Below, piece after piece: positions 50,030-62,642 of a stretch of 64,000 nucleotides of DNA. The position numbers were made by a program, and so were the translations under genes. The number at the start of each line of letters is the position of its first letter. The stretch's first letter is position 1. This DNA is from Podarcis gaigeae (Eukaryota). Below the pieces are notes generated by a model. That model searched no databases. It worked only from the letters and a program-made list of their open reading frames with translations, and was not told the origin of the DNA. The stretch lies in assembly GCA_964106915.2 (NCBI GenBank), contig OZ066922.1. One strand, given 5' to 3'.

Positions 50030-50060
<31 letters not shown>

Positions 50061-50579
50061 TGCACATTGGCCAGATTGGGTTGAGGACACTTGCCACTTA
50101 TACATGGAGGCATTTCAAAAGCCATTTGGTAATTTCAGGTCTAAGGCAACGTTTGACCCTAGGGCTTTCTGCCTTACAATTTCAACTTTTAACTTCACTA
50201 TGTGTTAGGGGTTTCCCCTAAGTCTCAGATCTTAGTGCCAAAAACTAGAGGAACAAAAGACACTGTTGTAGCTGTAACTTTCCTGCAAAGGTAATTTAAG
50301 GTTGATGAGAAACACTCAATAGATTCAAAATGCAGTCCTATTGGTCAACATAATTATGACAATGCACTGTTATCCCAGCTACTGCTAATGAGGTGGCTTT
50401 TAGGCAGTTGGAGGCTCAGTCCCTCTACTGCCTTTTTTGGTAGATCATAAATCACTTTGTAAGCCACACAATCTTACTGTGACATAGCAGGCTTTGCAAA
50501 TGAGAAGACTTGTGGTGGGGGAGTGGAATATTTGGGGCATGGAATAACTCTCTTCCCATATCCTTAGGGGCCATAGGAA

Positions 50580-51008
50580 TGCATGGGAAGCAAATGGGGA
50601 GTTGACGTGGGATTTGGTTCATTTCGCATTTTAATGCAAAGCTATCTAATTCACAGTTCTCCAGACAACAAACAAACCAAAATACAGATATCCTTTGAAA
50701 TTTACAGCTCTCCAAATTTTGTGATGCCATTTGTAACCAAAAGATGGGTACAAAAATGTGTATATTGTTGGAAAGTTTGCATAAAAATGCATTATAAGGG
50801 GAAATTGCTTGCAAAAATGTGTCCATTAGACAAAATTGGCTACAAAAATGTGTTTATGAGGAGGAATGCACACTAAATTGCTCACAAAACTTCATGACGA
50901 TTTATTTATTTATTTTTAAATCCCAAACTCTGGTCTGGGAAATGTGATGATGTGAACTTCAGATTGGAAAAACAGGAAACTGAACGGAATTGAGAGATTC
51001 ATCACTAG
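50580..51008. mobile_element. Old AT-rich non-autonomous DNA transposon with internal ~30-bp repeats (related remnant ~30870-31120)
   Basis: Recurrent AAAAATGTGT…GAAA(A)TT units; family recognised only by pattern. Confidence 0.45.
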
Positions 51009-51100
51009 CCAAAGCACTTTCTCTCCCAGCTTTCAAACTGACAGCCAAGTAAATAATCTCCCATTTCATCCCCTGAAGTCCCATCCCAATTTGGCCAAAC

Positions 51101-51103
<3 letters not shown>

Positions 51104-51145
<42 letters not shown>
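51104..51145. repeat. (GA)n microsatellite
   Basis: Dinucleotide run. Confidence 0.95.
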
Positions 51146-51149
<4 letters not shown>

Positions 51150-52119
51150 CATTTTAGGCCCAACCTTAATTCATAAAGTTGTTGGAGAAACTCTGATCAT
51201 ACTCCAGAGGCAAGAAGTGAAAACTAACACGAGCAGAAATGTTGGAAAGGACGTACATGAGGGACAAGATGTTGCTTTGAACTTTCAGCAACATCTTAGT
51301 GAAGGGTGTCCAATAGTATACATTCCATCGTAGGAAACAATATTACACATCGTGATACAGCCAGAACATTGCCTATAAAGTGATGTGGCTTATGAAAGTT
51401 ATCTGTCCTCAGGTGTGTCATAACTGCAAACCATCTGAAGCGGATATTACTACATTTGTCTGCTCCTCAATAAAAAAAAGAAAAGAAAAAGTTCTCCAGC
51501 AAAATGATCAGTGTCTTAAAATGAATCATGCAGAAATTTAGAAAGACTAATAGACAACATCCAAGGGCATTTTGAAACCACAGGCATGGCTGGGCAATAC
51601 ATGCTTGAGTTTGTGATGCTGTAAATTAATTTGATGACCTGGATGCAGCTGTCAGAAGTGTGGGGAAGGGCAATAGCTCAGTGCTTTGAGCACACAATTT
51701 GCATGCAAAAGGACCCAGTACAATCCCTGACATAGTATGGTGTGGGGAAGACATGTTTCTGAAACTCTGGAAAGCCATTGGTAGTCAATGTAAGCAATAA
51801 AGAGCTGGGTTGACCAGTGATCTGACTTGGTGTGAGGCAGCTTTCTATATTCTCAACTACTGACAGGTGAAAAGGAAGGGCAGAGTATGGTTTTCCTTGA
51901 TAGGAAGAGGTAATGGAAATGAGTGGAGTAATGTGGGGGTGAATTGAAACAGGTGTCTCCAGTTTGCCACCCCATTTCATGGTAATGAATGGTGGGTGGA
52001 CGCTTTGGGTGAGTGATTCAGCTCCTGAAAAATTTTGGAGAGGAGAGGAGCGGATTTACCGTGGCACTGGGATGGGGCTTTCTACCTGACCCCCCTTTTT
52101 ATTGGTTTGTCTATTTCTG

Positions 52120-52473
52120 GGGGTGCGGGGGGCGCTGTGGGTTAAACCACAGAGTCTAAGACTTGCCGCTCAGAAGGTCGGCGGTTTGAATCCCCGCGAC
52201 GGGGAGAGCTCCCATTGCTCGGTCCCTGCTCCTGCCAACCTAGCAGTTCGAAAGCATGTCAAAGTGCAAGTAGATAAATAGGTACCGCTCTGGCAGGAAG
52301 GTAAACGGCGTTTCAGTGTGCTGCTCTGGTTCGCCAGAAGCAGCTTAGTCATGCTGGCCACATGACCCGGAACCTGTACACTGGCTCCCTCGGCCAATAA
52401 AGCAAGATGAGCGGTGCAATCCCAGAGTCGGCCACGACTGGACCTAATGCTCAGGGGTCCCTTTACCTTTTAC
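52120..52473 (+). mobile_element. Sauria SINE, full length
   Basis: 9-bp TSD CTATTTCTG 52111-52119 / 52474-52482; ACCTTT tail. Confidence 0.93.
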
Positions 52474-53109
52474 CTATTTCTGTTATTATTTTATAACACT
52501 TTTTGAACAACTTCAGCAGTTTAGCAGCTGGGTTGGGGCTATTGCCCCCTTCCCAAGTCTGGCAGCAACCTTTATAATAATAACTTTTTCAGGTCATGAT
52601 TACAGCAGAGTCTGTTCACCTGCCTCAGGTGGCAGAAGTGCAAGAGGTAACACGCTTCCTGCCCTACTGCTTATGATGCTGGTGCTCATCTTACCCACCC
52701 CTGGGGCAGAGAACATGAGCAGCAATGGTTTCTGGAGTACCCCAGCCCTGGAAGAGTTTGGCAAGAGGAGGGCATTCTGCCAGTGGCAGAAGTTGTGGGC
52801 TGCGCAGCAGGGGTGGGGCAGGGAGCAGCACATTCCCGTTTCACCTCAGGTGGCAAAACGGCATGGGTGCCCCAGAATTACATGTTGCTGTCATTCTTGC
52901 TTCTGCCATTTATTTCATCTATATTCTTTTGTTGTTGTTGTTCTGTCTTACAGTCAAATGGCCTCAAAGCAGCTTGCAATAACTAGATGGAAAACAGTAA
53001 AAAGTGCAAAACAAACAGCAAATAACCTAAATAATACTATGTGTTTTAAGCCCAATTAATTCATTGCTAAGCATCACAAAAAGAATTAAAAGGCTCTCAG
53101 ACAACAACT

Positions 53110-53236
53110 AGCTGACTTTTAAAAAGACTTCTGAAGTCAGCCCTGTTCAGAGAAGTTTTAATGTTTGATGTCATTGTGTTTTAATTTGTTGGAAGCCACC
53201 AGAATGGCTGGGGTAACCCTGTCAGATGGGCAGTAT

Positions 53237-53281
<45 letters not shown>

Positions 53282-53305
53282 TTTTTAGTAGTAGTAGTAG
53301 TAGTA
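53110..53305 (+). mobile_element. L2 3' tail with (ACTT)n/(TAG)n microsatellite
   Basis: TTGGAAGCCACCAGAATGGCTGGGGTAACCC…AGATGGGC followed by simple repeats. Confidence 0.6.
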
Positions 53306-53713
53306 TAAGAAAAATTCTCACAAAAAGGTACCAGACATGCATGTGTAGGGAGGGGATTTGGGAGGGGATTTTGGCACGACTGCCAAAAACGCCTTCTTTT
53401 TGGCAGGCACCTGCCCTACAGCAAAGGACACCCAAAAATCATAGTTAGAAATAAAATATTTGAAAAGATAGCATAAATGTCAACATGTCACACTGTAAAC
53501 AAGAATTGCCAGCCTGGCCACTCTTCCATTGTTCCAGCAAATCTACCACCTACTGCTGCATCCAACACTAACTCCTGGTGGTGTTGTCCTGCAGGCTCAA
53601 AAAGAAGTTGTGAAGGTGATTGTAACTGGCAGGCGTGTCTGTGTGGGTGAATGAGGCCCTTTTCCATGCAGAAATCTGAAGATTATGCAGGTGGAACACA
53701 CTCCACAACCCAT

Positions 53714-54375
53714 ATTTTATTTATTCACAGTATTTCTGTGCCACCCAATAATGAAAGTTCCCTGGGCAGCTTGCAGTGAAACAACAACAACCACAACAGC
53801 AATAAAATTTGCAAACAAAGCCATGAAACCTATGCCAGACTAAAAACAGACACCCAAAAAATGACACTCACAGCAGCACCAAATACTCTGCGGTTCTTAA
53901 AATGTCAAAAACATTCAGAGTATTTGTAATCATTACAAGATTTCAAAACTGAAAAAGTGTTGGAAAATAAACAATGTCGTCAAATCTCTGCAGAAGAACC
54001 ATAACAAAGCCATCCTCTCCAGGAAATCATCTCCATGGAGGGTGTTCCACAACTGAACATGTGCTTTCTTTAGTAGCTACTCATTGCACCTCATTTGGTT
54101 TGGGTACCCAGAGAAGGTCCCCCAGGGATGAGCACTAAGATTGAGAGTACAGTATGTATTTCTGTTGGAGGAGATAGTCTTTGAAGTAACCTGGTCCCAA
54201 TCTGATGAAGGCTAATTAAATGTTAACACCTGCACTTTAAACTGGGCCTCAAAACAGGCCACTGCGAAGGACTAAAATGGATGTAATACAATCACAATGT
54301 CCCATCCCTAATCTTGCTTCCCTGTTTTGAACCAACCAAAGTTTCTGTACCATTTACCAATGGCAGTTCCCATAT
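53714..54375 (-). mobile_element. Decayed L2 LINE 3' fragment
   Basis: TTTATTTATT tail, CTGGGCAGCTT, GGAGGGTGTTCCACAA, GGTCCCAA…GGCT…AACACCTGCACTTTAAACTGGGCC typical of antisense L2. Confidence 0.55.
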
Positions 54376-56789
54376 TTGCTCAGCCCAGGTCAGGAGGTAT
54401 AACACAACAGCAGAATTCTAAATGCAAAAATTGAATATAAATAGCAGATACCTCCCCCACTTCACTGTTGCCAGTATTACTGGAAACTCTGCAAAAGCCC
54501 ACGCATCAGGGACTGGGCTGGTGATTATACCCACATGCTTCCAAGTACATGGGAAGCCAAGGAACTTAAGACAAGGGAGACATGCCCCAAGACACATCAA
54601 TGCACCACAACATTCACATTCACAGCACTCCCAGTCTTCCAGCCCAGTGGCTTAGCCAGCAATGGTCCTCATACTGCTAGTCCCTACAGATATCGGCCCA
54701 AATGCTCTTATACTCTGTGCAACCACCACCTGATAGCGCAGCACAAGGGGATGGAAGAAGAGTCCACACAATGCAGTGTCTATATAGGTGTAGCATTTCC
54801 AGCATAGTCCTCCTGGGACCCACCTATGGAGGGAAATACCATTTTGATAGGCAGCCAAAGAGATGGGCCACAGACTGACACAGAAGCAATCTTACAGGCA
54901 ATAAAAAGGTCCCCTCTTTACTGAGTGTATATAGCAAAAGGACCTTTGATTCTATATAAATGGTAGATGGGATAATTTGCTCGCATTACTGATGACATAG
55001 TTATTATGGGACATTCAAAAGTAATCACAACATATTCTTCAAATGCACTTTTTTTGCAAGTTAATATTGAATACGTTCATGATCAGGCCTTTTGATTCCC
55101 ACCCCCCTAAATCTCTCCCCACCCCACCCCCCCGAAATGAGAAAGGGCACCCCTACATATAAACCATAATTTATATTTAGCATCTTTCTTTGTGAGTAAA
55201 ATCGGAGGAATTCAGGCCTTTATCTTCCACAAACCATAGTGCTTAATATTGTATATATTATGCAATAGTGTCATATAGAAAATAGAGCAACATCACACAG
55301 CCCATGTCCTTGGGGACATCAAGTCCTTTGGTAATTTTTCAATTTTATAGCATGGGCTTGAGAACCTTAAAAAAAAAAAAAAAGACTTGGCGTATTTTAT
55401 GGTGCCAGTGCCAATATATCAAATAATAATGAAAGTATAATGGAAACTTTTCTTTTTCTTTTTTCTTTTGCAAACAACCACCATTCTCCTTTGTACTTTC
55501 ATCAGGGTTTCAAAACTCAGAGGATTTTATGGCTGTGGTTGCTTAATCTATATGATTTGCTCCAATGGAAAAATCTCTATCTCCTGTATATCAAGAGAGC
55601 AGCTGGTAGATATATACAAGTTCTTTTTTTCTTTAAAAGGATGGACTGGGATGGACCAAGATGAGAACGGTAGTCAAATTTATGTAATGCCATTTCTGTG
55701 CACCCATAAGGATACAAGGAAAGAAATACAGTACCTGTGCACATTGAAATGAAGTTTTCATGCAGGTAAAGGTTGGACTGCCAATCTCTCCTGAATCCAG
55801 ACATATGACAATTCAGATCGGCTCCCAGAGATTGAAACTTTTTGCTGCTTCAGCATCAGCACCATTTGTCGTATTTATGCCAGAGCTTGTTATTAAATAA
55901 ATGGCTACCCTCCTTGCTACCCCATTCAAATACACATCTCTGCTGATTAAGGTTTTGATGCGTTGACTGATACCTTGACTTGCTTGGACAGTTGTGCTGT
56001 AATAGCATGAGGAATGGGGAATAGTTTGGCAAGACACGGCAGCACATTTCTTCTAATTTATTGCAAACACATAACGAGGTTACAGGGGACATCTTTACAA
56101 AGGACTGATGTATGACCAACTAATAGCTGCAAGTTCTGTCTCAATAAAGGAAGTTTCTTCCTGCCTTAAATTTGAATTCTCATATTCATCTTTTGGGATC
56201 TGGGCATGAATTATTCACAGCCTTTCCGTTAAGTGTTAATAGACAGCCATTCACCACACTTTGGAGACCTACCGGGTGTACAAGGATCTACTGTACCTTG
56301 ACAGGAACTGACCCATTTGACATTGCATTGATGAGCAGCTATATAAAATAATAAAAAGTGCATTTAACAGACAATTTACACGGAAATAGTTTAGCACAGA
56401 ACTATTATTGCAATGCCCTCACCAGTTAGACTTTGTTTTATTATTGAACAGCAATGCAGTTTGTGCCATTAATCATGCAGTTCCCATTAGCTCCAAAGAT
56501 GCATCTTTAAGAAAAGGGTGGTGGTGTTCTTTTTTTAATATCAAAGGGCAATGTAATATAGCACAGCACAAATGGCTAAATAAAATGGGCTTCAAAGCCA
56601 ACAAACGGGAGGCTGCAATGGACCATTTAGGACATAAAACCATTTTTTTAAAGCTGATCCTACTTCATTTATTTATTTTTAATTTGTGTACCACATTTCT
56701 TCCGTAGATCTCAGGGTAGTTCACATGATATTGCCACCAAATTCTGTGCACCGTGGCAGCATCAAGTATGTGTAAGCAAAGGGACAAGG

Positions 56790-57260
56790 GGGCTGCCTGA
56801 TGATGAAAGTCAGGAGTGATGATGGTCACTCTCTATATTTCAAACGGTGAGACAGGGACTGTAAATCTCCAGCAGTTTGACTTCATGTCTATTCTGTGGA
56901 CATCACCAAGCCAGCATAGACATGGCAGAGACAGGGGTGAGAATATGCTGGAAATGTGGGCTTGGAAGAGCACATCTTTGTTTATCTTTCCTGCAATGTG
57001 AAACACCCCCACCCAATCTTCCTGATGCAGTACATATGGAAGGCATTGAGGCATCACACCTGTTGCCCATGACTCACGTCCAAAAAGCAGTGTGCTGGGC
57101 ATGCAAGCCTGGTACATCTTCATCTTGGTATTGGTTATTTGCGTCATATTCTCCAATACCCTTTCGGAGAGGCGAGCCATTACTGTAGCTGCCTTGCCAA
57201 TACATTTGTCCATCTTAGCATCAATGGAAAGGTTGCTGTTTATGGCAGATCCCAGTAAAA
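56790..57260 (-). mobile_element. Old RTE-clade LINE fragment, distinct from Bov-B
   Basis: LGSAINSNLSIDAKMDKCIGKAATVMARL…TKMKMYQAC…STLLFGRESW…WLGDVHR resembles the RTE C-terminal region. Confidence 0.75.
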
Positions 57261-57306
57261 GCTAATATAAACTAATATATTAATGCAGATTTTGTATTTG
57301 TGTGTG

Positions 57307-57309
<3 letters not shown>

Positions 57310-57342
<33 letters not shown>
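57310..57342. repeat. (AC)n microsatellite
   Basis: Dinucleotide run. Confidence 0.95.
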
Positions 57343-57346
<4 letters not shown>

Positions 57347-58399
57347 TATTATAGATATATTGAGTCACCCTGTTTTGTTTCCAAGCTGCTAGACACAGGA
57401 CCAGCCATGATCAGTATGAGAGGTGTTGATGAAAATGAGGCGTGTGAAATATTCAGTGTTACTATTTTTAAAGATGACATCGAAACATAACTAAATCTTA
57501 TTAAGACATTGCTATTGGGCCCTTGAAACAGGCTTTATCAAGAGTGGCAGGCTGCAGTTAAACTTTCCTCATTTTGCCTTGTTTCCACTAACCATATTCA
57601 ATCACAACATTCTGAAACTGTGTGTACAGTCCATGCAAATGTTATCATAAACATATTATCCTCTTGGCTAAGTAAGAAGAAGGTTCCTTTCAGTTGCCTT
57701 TCCTTATTTCACGTGCTTCATCGAGCTGAGCAAGATCTTTAGAGGTGCGGGGATTTCTTTCTCCCAGGGCGGCAGCAAGGCAATCCACAAACACCTGCAA
57801 ACACAGTTGGCTGGTGTTCCATGGAATTAGTTGGGGATGTCATCTGTGCAACACCTGCTCATGAAACCTCTGCTGGAAGATGCACGCAATATTGCCAAGT
57901 AGAACATCTCAGTGGGATTATTATTTTTTGTTTCCCAGCTCTGAGCCCCTGTAGTTTATATCATTTAATTCATATTCTGTTTCAAAGCTAGCCAAAATAC
58001 AGCTTGCTGATGCCAGGTGATTGGAGTAGAGTTGAAACCAAAATAGGATAGAAGTAACTTGTGAGCCAAGCGTCCGGAAAGGAAAGGCACACAAGTGAGA
58101 CTATGTGAGACTTCAGGAGACATAGGATTTGTCAAAGACGTAGGAAACCCAGTGAAGTAAGTCTGGTTCCAGGTTTTGGGGGAACCTTGGGAAAGATGTT
58201 CAAAGCAGGATTCCCAACCCAGTGCACTACTCTCCAAGTGACCCTGCCTTCTCTACCTTGCTGAGATCTGGCTTAAACCTTGCTAAAATGGCTTTAGCAA
58301 GGGAGGCCTGCCTCCTATCATTGGGCCCCAGCTGCCATCTGAAATCCCCCACAATGCCCTACAGCAATGCTATGTCAGACACTCAAGAGCACTGAGCAT

Positions 58400-58525
58400 T
58401 GAGAGTGGTGTAGTTGTTGTGGGTTGTTGTGAAGATTAAATGAGATGGGGGAGAACCATGTGTGCCACTTTGAGATCCTTGGAGAAAAAGAGAAACTATA
58501 AATGCAATAAATAAATATAAATAAT
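58400..58525 (+). mobile_element. MIR/CORE-like SINE 3' half
   Basis: GGGTTGTTGTGAAGATTAAATGAG…AATGCAATAAATAAAT matches 32300-32395. Confidence 0.6.
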
Positions 58526-60814
58526 TGTGGAACATTTCAAATGGCAGGTGGCTTCCAGACCCAGTAACACACAGTGGGTGGGGGGTGGGGGTCTAATGGC
58601 TGGCATTAGCAGTAGGTGCAGAACTCACATAGCAGCAGCTAAGAGATGGTGCCAGTCATTTGTTACTGACTGTGGTCTGGGCTTCTATAAACTCCTTAAG
58701 TGACTGCACAGAAACACCGGCTGGAACCAGTCCTATATAAGCAGCAGCTATTTCACCAGTCTAGGTTTTCTGCCATGCATCTTTTCAGTGAGTTGGGGAA
58801 AATACTTGTTTTCACCTGCAATAGATATGCTGTCCCTTCAGTGCAATAATTTAGCAACACAGCATTCACATGGCCCATGCATGTAGTTGTTAGTCACACA
58901 GACGGGTGCAGACTGGCACACCCCAAATATATGTCTAGACTAAAATAAAAACACTGCTGCATACTGTCCAAGCTGTCAAACACATACCTTTTTGGTAAAA
59001 GGTCATGAATCATCCAGCCACGCTCACAGCTTATAAAACTATGGCTTACGGGATCCCTATGGGACATCATTGAACCCCATTTTACTTTGATTCACTCTTC
59101 TTTAGCCTGTTGCATAGCACACAGCTCTGTACATTGGGCCATTGAGTTGTATGGAGGATACATGTACTTTTGCCCTAGAATATTCCTTTGTGGTGCCCCA
59201 TAATTCTAGCCACTCTCACTTGGTGGAAGTGGATTGTACCCATAGTTATCAGACTATAGCAGTACAAATATAGAAATGAAAATAAACTGCTCTAAGCCCT
59301 GTGCATTACAAACGTATCAGTTCAGCTCTGCTGAAAGCAGGGCAAACATTCCAGAATTTTTTCAGGCAGAAGTAATTAATAAGCCCTAGTTGTAAAAGAG
59401 ACACTTTTTATCTCTAGACATATATGCACTTATTCGTGTAAAATTGTCAAGGGTATCTGGGATATAAATCTAGGTGGAGCTGAGCCACTGATCTATTAAT
59501 ATAATTAATTTGTGCAAGAAGGAAAAATATCCCAAAGATCTGACAGCCTTATAAAAAGTATTCCCAACGTGGCACAGTCTTTTAGAAAAAGAATAAATCA
59601 TACTCTATCTCTTTGTAAATTGACCTGTAAGTTACTGGCAGCAAATCAATAGGGAACAAATGAAAAATAATAATGCTATAACAATGTTGTGTATTATCTT
59701 GGGCCAAGATAAAAATGAGTACAATGATCGATATGAGAAAGATTTGGTGTTGCTACTTTTTAAGACGACATGACAATGTTACTAATCCATATTAAAGGCA
59801 TTGCTGTTACGATTACGTTCAGCCTTTTAAACGAGAGAACTAGAGAACCTAAATACTTATCTATTCAGAAGCATGGCTGACAAGTTGGGTTTTCCTAGGG
59901 TCATCTAATGTTTTTGTTTGATGCACTTTTGGAAAATGAGAATTATTCATTAAATAGCTTGCCTTGTTGCAAATCAGTGAAACACAGCAGAGCAGATGCC
60001 TGGCCTAAATTCAGCTGCATCCAGACAGCACTTCTTCCTGTTTTCTGATCTTTTCTTACCTGATTAATTTTTGCACTTTATGTGATTTTTTTCACATGAT
60101 GTATAAGTCTCTCTCAGAAATCTAATGGAATCTGTGAAGAAGGGTAATGCTCAGAGGAGCTTCTCACACCACTTTCCCATTGCTGCTACTTGGGTCTTAC
60201 TAAAAAAAAAAAAACATTACTTACTACTGTCTGGTAGTTACCTACAGGCCCAGAAATGGGGGCAAGATGGGGATGTATGGTTAACATCCTGGGAATCCTG
60301 GGATCCTGGACTACCACACCTTTAGCCAACCCTTTGCAATTTACACACAGTATAAAGCCAGATCTCCAGCCCTCTGCTTCTCCCTGAGAATAGGGTAAAT
60401 TCTTGGCTTTACCCACTCTGGTCTTAAACTTCCAATAGCATGGAACCCAAAGGAATCTAGGCGTGTGGGGACTCCTGAATCCTGACCCTGGCAATCACAC
60501 ACTAATCCCATTGTGAAGCTTTATTAGAAATAAAAGGTAAGGGGAAAGCAGGCAACAGATCAAACAGACAAAAGCAGACACTTCCTCACACAACACCTGA
60601 TTAAAATATGGAATCCACAGTCACTAGATGCGGTGATGCCCATTAGATCATGAGTAGGAAACCTTCCAGATCTTGTCGGAATACAGGCCCCATCATTCTT
60701 GAGCATTAGCTTTGCTGACTGGGGTTGATGGGATCTAGAGTCCAACAACATCTGTACGGTCACAGGTGCCCCCATCCCTTTATTAGACAAACATGTGTTC
60801 ACATCCAACAGTGC

Positions 60815-60856
60815 TGTTCTGTTAGCCAAGCAGACTTCTGCTTGGCTAACAGAACA
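60815..60856. repeat. Perfect 20-bp inverted repeat, 2-nt spacer
   Basis: TGTTCTGTTAGCCAAGCAGA-CT-TCTGCTTGGCTAACAGAACA. Confidence 0.9.
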
Positions 60857-62642
60857 TAACTTCTCTCCTCTCCCCTAAAGCCCTTTGCCCACCCTCTGTA
60901 GGAACCTCTACAGCAGATTTTGAGGTCATGCAAGGAGAGGAAAGAGAATTAATTGCATGGCTCAAGTGGAACTCCACATGTGCAATAGTAGATACAGCTC
61001 ATGGTGAATAGCTTTCATTAGCTATGACAGCAAATGACATGACAGTATTCAGCAGAAATGTAGCTCTGAATACAAGAGAACTGAGAGAAACAATGAAAGG
61101 TTCTACCCTTCTTCTTCTGCATCTAAGTTTCAAAGAGGCATATTACTGTTCACTGTTGGATATAGAATGCCGGAGTAGATGAACATTTGGCCTGATTAAT
61201 CAGGGCACTTGTTTGTTATGTTATTGAAATGTTTTATAAATGCCATTGTGACTTTATTTCAGGTCCCTACACATTACATTGTCTCAGATAATCACTGATG
61301 GCCTGCCATACATTTTGCTCCCCACAAGTCTTTGGGGTTTCAAAGTTTTGCATTTCTACATGCTGGTTCAAAGTATTCCACATAAAACACAGAAGTTAAG
61401 CATTAATTCTCTCTCTCTTTTTCAGTGATTCTAAAATTAATAGCTCGTGATGCAAAGGCTTTTATTTAAAGTTTCTAATATTTCCCAGGACACCATCACT
61501 TGAAAATGAACTGTGAAATTGTATAAACCTATTTGTAGCTTCATATTCATTTAGCTTAAAGATTCTTGAGGGCTCCGGAGCTTTGTATTTATTAGAAAAT
61601 AATTACTTGCTGCAGAACAATCCATCAAAACTTCTCAAATAAACCACAGAATTCACAAGGGGCCAACGCCAGCTTCTCTGAAGCCCATAGAAAAATGTTC
61701 TGACTTCATTAGTGGAAATATTAGTCCCATGAATGTTTGTTTTTGAGGTGTAATAGATTCATCATAAGAAAAATACATAATCATCTTCAGCTTTCATTGA
61801 CTTCAAAGTGTAGCAAAGCACTGAAGAAGTGGTTTTGAAACGTTGTTCCCAGAGAGCTTATATAAACAGAGTTCCATGGGAAGATCTGTAATGCTGGGTA
61901 AACTTCCCTGAATGCACAGGTAACTGGAGCTCTATGACAGGTCTCCTAAATACTTTCAGCACCCTTAACTGACTTCAGTTCCCAGGGTTTTTTGTGGGAA
62001 AGCCAAGACTTCTGAAGTGGTATAATAGTGTTTTAAAAGCATAGTGTGGATGAGACCCTAAACCAAGTTCAAGAAGGAGGGATGAATAAAAGCTCTAAGG
62101 GCAGTAGCACCCCACCCCAGTGTCTGTTCCATTGTTGGGCAGCTGTGTCACATATAAACAAATTACCCAAAATAGCAATTTCCCACGCTTAAGTCTTCAT
62201 GTGCTTATCTCATCACTTGACCATTTTTCTTCTTCTGCTGGCAGGAACAACTAATTCCATAGGCGATTGTCTATCAAGCATATCATGAGACTAGAGTAGC
62301 TGAATTTTAGTAGAATTTGCCTTTTTCTTCTCTGATCTCCCAGCACCAATCCCTTCCATCCACATTGCAAGTAAATCAGGAAAACATTGGTTCAAGCTGG
62401 GAAGAGAACATTGTGATAACAAGCTACTTGTTGCTTAGGGCAGTTCTGTAGCTCACATTCACCCCAAAGACCTCACTCTTTAGGGCAATAGCAATGAAGG
62501 AATGGGTTTCCCAAAACCCAAAACTGACTGTGCAGGCAGTTTTAAACTGCACCAAAATCCCTATTTTTCATTAGCTAAAATGCATAAACTGGAGCCGTTG
62601 AGCAAATGCATAACAAGAACACAGCTCTCTCCTTTATCAGTT

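Larger units (their letters stand above)
49414..50034. mobile_element. Penelope-like element pLTR present as an inverted duplication within (TA)n
   Basis: Arms 49445-49712 and 49767-50034 are reverse complements (mirrored in the ORF track); 54-nt spacer; a hammerhead in each arm; (TA)n on both sides. Confidence 0.88.

Noticed and set aside
49271-50208. Mirror-image ORFs on both strands
   Set aside because: By-product of the inverted repeat and (TA)n runs; no Penelope RT or GIY-YIG motifs.
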